DNA from: the human T2T-CHM13v2.0 reference genome, Homo sapiens
Strand: one strand, 5' to 3'
DNA: 64,000 nt
Assembly (NCBI RefSeq): GCF_009914755.1
Contig: NC_060933.1
Translations under genes and position numbers: made by a program
Part shown: piece by piece, positions 56,901 to 64,000 of the stretch
Position numbering within the stretch: position 1 is the first letter of the stretch
Layout: every line of letters begins with the position of its first letter
The notes under the pieces: model-generated
Told to the model about the DNA's origin: nothing
Database searches by the model: none
What the model saw: only the letters and a program-made list of their open reading frames with translations

Positions 56901-59900
56901 GTTTTTCAGCGCAGATACTTGACACAATGCCCCCATAGACAGAACCTAGACAAGACTTCCATCACCTGGGTGATCAGTGCAGAGATATGTCACAAATCCC
57001 CCTGTAGGCAGAGTATAGAGAAGAGTCCCATCACCTGGGTGATCAGTGCAGTGATATTTCACAAATCCCCTGTGGGCAGAGTGGTCAAGAGTTACATAAC
57101 CTAGGTGGTCTGTGCAGAGCTATGTCAAAATGCCCCTGTAGGCAGAGCCCAGATAAATGTTACATCACCTGGGAGATCAGTGCAGAGATACGTCACAATA
57201 CCCCCTGTAGGTGGAGCCTAGAGAAGAGTTAGATCACCTGGGTGATCAGTGCAGAGATACGTCACAATAACCCCTGTAGGTGGAGCCTAGACAAGAGTTA
57301 CATCACCTGAGTGATCAGTACAGAAATATGTCACAAAGCCGCTGTAGGCCAAGCCTAGACAAGGGTTACATCTCCTGGGTGATCAGTGCAGAAATATGTC
57401 AGAAATCCCTGTAGGCCGACCCAAGACAAGAGTTACATCTCCTGGGTGATCAGTGCAAAGATATGTCACAAAGCCCCCTGCAGACATATCCCAGAAAATT
57501 GGTACATCACCTGGGCGATCAGTGGAGATATCTGTCACAATCCCCTTTAGGCGCAGCTTAGAGAAGCGTTACATCAGATGACTGATCAGTGCAGAGATAT
57601 GTCGCTGTGCCCCCATAGGCAGATCCAAGACAGGAGTCCATCACCTGGCTGATCAGTGCAGAAATATGTCACAATGCCGCCAGTAGGCAGATAAAGACAA
57701 GTATTACATCACCTGTGTGATCACTTCAGAGATATGTCAAAATGCCCCTGTAGGCATAGCCTAGACAAGAGTCTCATCACCTGGGTGATCAGTGCAGAGT
57801 TATGTCACAATGCCTCCCTTTGGCAGAGCCTAGACAAAGGTTACATCACCTGGGTGATTGGGGCAGTGACATGTCACAATGCCACCTGTAAGCAGATCCC
57901 AGACACTAGTGGCATAACCTCGGTGATCAGTGCAGAGATATGTCTCAAAACACCCTGTCGGGGAAGCCTATACAAGAGTTACATAATATCGGTGATCGGT
58001 GCAGTGATATGTTAACATGCCCCTGAAGGCAGAGCCTAGACAAGAGTTACATCACCTGGGTGATCCGTGCAGAGATATCTCACAATAACCCTGTAAGCAG
58101 AGCCAAGACAACAGTTACATCACCAGCGAGATAAGTGCAGAGATATGTCATAAATCTCAAAGAAGGCAAAGCCTAGACAAGTTTTACATCACCTCAGCGA
58201 GCAGTGCAGCGATATTTCCCAATGTCCCTCTAGGCAGAGCTTAGACAAGAGTCACATGTCCTGGGTGATCAGTGCAGAGATAAGTAACAATGCCTCCATA
58301 GGAAGAGCCTAGACAAGAGTTACCTAACCCAGGTGATCCGAACAGAGTGATGTCACAACGCCCTCTGTAGGCACAGACTAGAAAACCGTTACATCACCTG
58401 GGTGATCATCGCAGAGATATGTCACAATGCCCCCTGTAGGCAGAGCATAGACAAGAGTTGCACCACCTGGGTAATCAGTGCAGAGATATGTCACAATTTG
58501 CCCTGTAGTCAGAGCATAGAGAAACGTTGCATCACCTGGGTGATCAGTGCAGAGATATGTCACAATGTCCCCTGTAGGCAAAGGCTAGGCCGAGGGTTAC
58601 ATCGCGTTTGTCATCAGTGCAGGGATATGTGAAAACGACCCTGGAGGCAGGGCTTAGGCGACTGTTATATCCCCTAATGATCGGTGCAGAGATATTTCAC
58701 AATACTCCTGTAGGCAGATCCTAGTCAAGAGTTGAATCACCTGGGTGGTCAGTGCAGAGATATGTCACAAAGCTCCTGTAGGCAGAACTTAGATGAGTTA
58801 CATCACTTGGGTGATCAGGGCAAAGCTATGTCACACAGCCCACTGTATGCAAAGCCTAGACAATATTTACATCACTTACTTGGGTGATCAGTGGCGAGAT
58901 CTCTTACAATTCCCCTGTAGGCAGAGCTTATACAACAGTTTCATCACCTGAGTGATCAGTGCAGAGGTATGTCACAATGCCCCCATAGGCAGATCCAAGA
59001 CAAGAGTCCGTCACCTGGGTGATCAGAGTAGAGATATGTGAGAATTCCCGTGTAGGCAGAGCCTCGACAAGTTTTACATAACCTAGGTTATCAGTGCCAC
59101 TATAAATCATAAAGAATCCTGTAGGCAGAGCATAGACAAGAGTACCCTCCCCAGAGTGATCAGTGCAGAGATGTGTCACAAAGCCCATGCAGGCAGAGCC
59201 TTGACAAGAGTTTCATCACTTGGTGGATCAGTTCACAGATGTGTCAAAATGTCCATGTAGGCAGGTCTAAGACAAGAGTCCATCACCCGGGTGATCAGTG
59301 AAGGGATATGTACTAATGTCCCCTGCAGTCAGTGCCTAGACAAGAGTTGCCTCACCTCAGAGATCAGTGCAGAGATATGTCACAAAGCCTCCTGTAGGCA
59401 AAGCCCATACAAGGCTCACATCTCCTAGGTGACCAATACAGTGATATGTCACAAAAGTCCCTGAAGACAGAGCGTAGGAAAGAGTTACATCACCTGGTTT
59501 TTCAGCGCAGATACTTGACACAATGCCCCCATAGACAGAACCTAGACAAGACTTCCATCACCTGGGTGATCAGTGCAGAGATATGTCACAAATCCCCCTG
59601 TAGGCAGAGTATAGAGAAGAGTCCCATCACCTGGGTGATCAGTGCAGTGATATTTCACAAATCCCCTGTGGGCAGAGTGGTCAAGAGTTACATAACCTAG
59701 GTGGTCTGTGCAGAGCTATGTCAAAATGCCCCTGTAGGCAGAGCCCAGATAAATGTTACATCACCTGGGAGATCAGTGCAGAGATACGTCACAATACCCC
59801 CTGTAGGTGGAGCCTAGAGAAGAGTTAGATCACCTGGGTGATCAGTGCAGAGATACGTCACAATAACCCCTGTAGGTGGAGCCTAGACAAGAGTTACATC

Positions 59901-62900
59901 ACCTGAGTGATCAGTACAGAAATATGTCACAAAGCCGCTGTAGGCCAAGCCTAGACAAGGGTTACATCTCCTGGGTGATCAGTGCAGAAATATGTCAGAA
60001 ATCCCTGTAGGCCGACCCAAGACAAGAGTTACATCTCCTGGGTGATCAGTGCAAAGATATGTCACAAAGCCCCCTGCAGACATATCCCAGAAAATTGGTA
60101 CATCACCTGGGCGATCAGTGGAGATATCTGTCACAATCCCCTTTAGGCGCAGCTTAGAGAAGCGTTACATCAGATGACTGATCAGTGCAGAGATATGTCG
60201 CTGTGCCCCCATAGGCAGATCCAAGACAGGAGTCCATCACCTGGCTGATCAGTGCAGAAATATGTCACAATGCCGCCAGTAGGCAGATAAAGACAAGTAT
60301 TACATCACCTGTGTGATCACTTCAGAGATATGTCAAAATGCCCCTGTAGGCATAGCCTAGACAAGAGTCTCATCACCTGGGTGATCAGTGCAGAGTTATG
60401 TCACAATGCCTCCCTTTGGCAGAGCCTAGACAAAGGTTACATCACCTGGGTGATTGGGGCAGTGACATGTCACAATGCCACCTGTAAGCAGATCCCAGAC
60501 ACTAGTGGCATAACCTCGGTGATCAGTGCAGAGATATGTCTCAAAACACCCTGTCGGGGAAGCCTATACAAGAGTTACATAATATCGGTGATCGGTGCAG
60601 TGATATGTTAACATGCCCCTGAAGGCAGAGCCTAGACAAGAGTTACATCACCTGGGTGATCCGTGCAGAGATATCTCACAATAACCCTGTAAGCAGAGCC
60701 AAGACAACAGTTACATCACCAGCGAGATAAGTGCAGAGATATGTCATAAATCTCAAAGAAGGCAAAGCCTAGACAAGTTTTACATCACCTCAGCGAGCAG
60801 TGCAGCGATATTTCCCAATGTCCCTCTAGGCAGAGCTTAGACAAGAGTCACATGTCCTGGGTGATCAGTGCAGAGATAAGTAACAATGCCTCCATAGGAA
60901 GAGCCTAGACAAGAGTTACCTAACCCAGGTGATCCGAACAGAGTGATGTCACAACGCCCTCTGTAGGCACAGACTAGAAAACCGTTACATCACCTGGGTG
61001 ATCATCGCAGAGATATGTCACAATGCCCCCTGTAGGCAGAGCATAGACAAGAGTTGCACCACCTGGGTAATCAGTGCAGAGATATGTCACAATTTGCCCT
61101 GTAGTCAGAGCATAGAGAAACGTTGCATCACCTGGGTGATCAGTGCAGAGATATGTCACAATGTCCCCTGTAGGCAAAGGCTAGGCCGAGGGTTACATCG
61201 CGTTTGTCATCAGTGCAGGGATATGTGAAAACGACCCTGGAGGCAGGGCTTAGGCGACTGTTATATCCCCTAATGATCGGTGCAGAGATATTTCACAATA
61301 CTCCTGTAGGCAGATCCTAGTCAAGAGTTGAATCACCTGGGTGGTCAGTGCAGAGATATGTCACAAAGCTCCTGTAGGCAGAACTTAGATGAGTTACATC
61401 ACTTGGGTGATCAGGGCAAAGCTATGTCACACAGCCCACTGTATGCAAAGCCTAGACAATATTTACATCACTTACTTGGGTGATCAGTGGCGAGATCTCT
61501 TACAATTCCCCTGTAGGCAGAGCTTATACAACAGTTTCATCACCTGAGTGATCAGTGCAGAGGTATGTCACAATGCCCCCATAGGCAGATCCAAGACAAG
61601 AGTCCGTCACCTGGGTGATCAGAGTAGAGATATGTGAGAATTCCCGTGTAGGCAGAGCCTCGACAAGTTTTACATAACCTAGGTTATCAGTGCCACTATA
61701 AATCATAAAGAATCCTGTAGGCAGAGCATAGACAAGAGTACCCTCCCCAGAGTGATCAGTGCAGAGATGTGTCACAAAGCCCATGCAGGCAGAGCCTTGA
61801 CAAGAGTTTCATCACTTGGTGGATCAGTTCACAGATGTGTCAAAATGTCCATGTAGGCAGGTCTAAGACAAGAGTCCATCACCCGGGTGATCAGTGAAGG
61901 GATATGTACTAATGTCCCCTGCAGTCAGTGCCTAGACAAGAGTTGCCTCACCTCAGAGATCAGTGCAGAGATATGTCACAAAGCCTCCTGTAGGCAAAGC
62001 CCATACAAGGCTCACATCTCCTAGGTGACCAATACAGTGATATGTCACAAAAGTCCCTGAAGACAGAGCGTAGGAAAGAGTTACATCACCTGGTTTTTCA
62101 GCGCAGATACTTGACACAATGCCCCCATAGACAGAACCTAGACAAGACTTCCATCACCTGGGTGATCAGTGCAGAGATATGTCACAAATCCCCCTGTAGG
62201 CAGAGTATAGAGAAGAGTCCCATCACCTGGGTGATCAGTGCAGTGATATTTCACAAATCCCCTGTGGGCAGAGTGGTCAAGAGTTACATAACCTAGGTGG
62301 TCTGTGCAGAGCTATGTCAAAATGCCCCTGTAGGCAGAGCCCAGATAAATGTTACATCACCTGGGAGATCAGTGCAGAGATACGTCACAATACCCCCTGT
62401 AGGTGGAGCCTAGAGAAGAGTTAGATCACCTGGGTGATCAGTGCAGAGATACGTCACAATAACCCCTGTAGGTGGAGCCTAGACAAGAGTTACATCACCT
62501 GAGTGATCAGTACAGAAATATGTCACAAAGCCGCTGTAGGCCAAGCCTAGACAAGGGTTACATCTCCTGGGTGATCAGTGCAGAAATATGTCAGAAATCC
62601 CTGTAGGCCGACCCAAGACAAGAGTTACATCTCCTGGGTGATCAGTGCAAAGATATGTCACAAAGCCCCCTGCAGACATATCCCAGAAAATTGGTACATC
62701 ACCTGGGCGATCAGTGGAGATATCTGTCACAATCCCCTTTAGGCGCAGCTTAGAGAAGCGTTACATCAGATGACTGATCAGTGCAGAGATATGTCGCTGT
62801 GCCCCCATAGGCAGATCCAAGACAGGAGTCCATCACCTGGCTGATCAGTGCAGAAATATGTCACAATGCCGCCAGTAGGCAGATAAAGACAAGTATTACA

Positions 62901-64000
62901 TCACCTGTGTGATCACTTCAGAGATATGTCAAAATGCCCCTGTAGGCATAGCCTAGACAAGAGTCTCATCACCTGGGTGATCAGTGCAGAGTTATGTCAC
63001 AATGCCTCCCTTTGGCAGAGCCTAGACAAAGGTTACATCACCTGGGTGATTGGGGCAGTGACATGTCACAATGCCACCTGTAAGCAGATCCCAGACACTA
63101 GTGGCATAACCTCGGTGATCAGTGCAGAGATATGTCTCAAAACACCCTGTCGGGGAAGCCTATACAAGAGTTACATAATATCGGTGATCGGTGCAGTGAT
63201 ATGTTAACATGCCCCTGAAGGCAGAGCCTAGACAAGAGTTACATCACCTGGGTGATCCGTGCAGAGATATCTCACAATAACCCTGTAAGCAGAGCCAAGA
63301 CAACAGTTACATCACCAGCGAGATAAGTGCAGAGATATGTCATAAATCTCAAAGAAGGCAAAGCCTAGACAAGTTTTACATCACCTCAGCGAGCAGTGCA
63401 GCGATATTTCCCAATGTCCCTCTAGGCAGAGCTTAGACAAGAGTCACATGTCCTGGGTGATCAGTGCAGAGATAAGTAACAATGCCTCCATAGGAAGAGC
63501 CTAGACAAGAGTTACCTAACCCAGGTGATCCGAACAGAGTGATGTCACAACGCCCTCTGTAGGCACAGACTAGAAAACCGTTACATCACCTGGGTGATCA
63601 TCGCAGAGATATGTCACAATGCCCCCTGTAGGCAGAGCATAGACAAGAGTTGCACCACCTGGGTAATCAGTGCAGAGATATGTCACAATTTGCCCTGTAG
63701 TCAGAGCATAGAGAAACGTTGCATCACCTGGGTGATCAGTGCAGAGATATGTCACAATGTCCCCTGTAGGCAAAGGCTAGGCCGAGGGTTACATCGCGTT
63801 TGTCATCAGTGCAGGGATATGTGAAAACGACCCTGGAGGCAGGGCTTAGGCGACTGTTATATCCCCTAATGATCGGTGCAGAGATATTTCACAATACTCC
63901 TGTAGGCAGATCCTAGTCAAGAGTTGAATCACCTGGGTGGTCAGTGCAGAGATATGTCACAAAGCTCCTGTAGGCAGAACTTAGATGAGTTACATCACTT
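38941..64000 (+). repeat. Homogenised HOR sub-block (units 16-25) fixed for the G allele at HOR position 1534
   Basis: Ten consecutive units read CCCTGGAGGCAGGG (first at 40474), whereas 11 of the first 15 units read CCCTGGAAGCAGGG. Confidence 0.85.

Larger units (their letters stand above)
1..64000 (+). repeat. Beta satellite (BSR/Beta, 68-bp Sau3A family) tandem array organised as a 2,596-bp higher-order repeat, about 24.65 copies, continuing past both window ends
   Basis: The motif ...ACATCACCTGGGTGATCAGTGCAGAGATATGTCACAATGCCCCTGTAGGCAGAGCCTAGACAAGAGTT... recurs every ~68 bp with a GATC (Sau3A) site in most monomers, matching the primate beta-satellite consensus as I know it. All five ORFs in the track recur at exactly 2,596-bp intervals throughout (e.g. 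622, 3218, 5814 ... 62926). No orientation switch or interrupting element was seen. Confidence 0.97.

Noticed and set aside
622-63824. Five recurring short ORFs (67-93 aa), including Cys/His-rich peptides with a 23-aa repeat (ITWVISAEICHNxPCRQS) that superficially resemble metal-binding repeats
   Set aside because: They are translations of runs of 69-bp monomers that happen to stay in frame. They are broken by frameshifts and stops between monomers, overlap on opposite strands, and are identical between copies only because the DNA is. The Cys/His spacing does not fit a zinc-finger family and there is no gene context.
1-64000. CRISPR-like array (~68-bp period with a palindromic conserved segment)
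   Set aside because: The sequence between the palindromes is homologous in every monomer, so there are no unique spacers. There are no cas genes or leader, and the monomer matches beta satellite.
1-64000. Alpha-satellite or functional centromere core
   Set aside because: The monomer is ~68 bp rather than 171 bp, and I saw no CENP-B box.
1-64000. Rolling-circle concatemer of a 2.6-kb plasmid, virus or amplification artefact
   Set aside because: The unit encodes no Rep or capsid protein and consists wholly of satellite monomers. Shared SNVs with ordered positional structure suggest a genomic array, although assembly accuracy cannot be verified from the sequence alone.
1-64000. D4Z4/LSau, DUX-like, rDNA, Alu or L1 interspersion, often found with beta satellite
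   Set aside because: The strict 2,596-bp periodicity across the window leaves no room for an insertion, and no GC-rich or poly-A segment is present.

Overview
The whole 64 kb window is one uninterrupted, single-orientation tandem array of primate (most likely human) beta satellite (BSR/Beta, the 68-bp Sau3A family). The monomer consensus is approximately GATCAGTGCAGAGATATGTCACAATGCCCCCTGTAGGCAGAGCCTAGACAAGAGTTACATCACCTGGGT. I count 38 diverged monomers per 2,596-bp higher-order repeat (HOR), and the window holds about 24.65 HOR copies (unit n starts at 1+2596*(n-1), using the window start as an arbitrary register). The HOR copies are almost identical. I saw no indels and only five single-base variants by eye (HOR positions 151, 217, 1098, 1534, 2454), and I may have missed others. 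There are no credible genes, RNA genes, CRISPR arrays or transposons, and all ORFs in the track are by-products of the repeat. I found no new gene-based system. The most notable signals are structural: a hidden 7-HOR (18,172-bp) super-duplication shown by co-periodic SNVs, a switch to a homogenised variant block after about 38-40 kb, all four allele combinations of two variants, and symmetric variation in the monomer's 14-bp quasi-palindrome.
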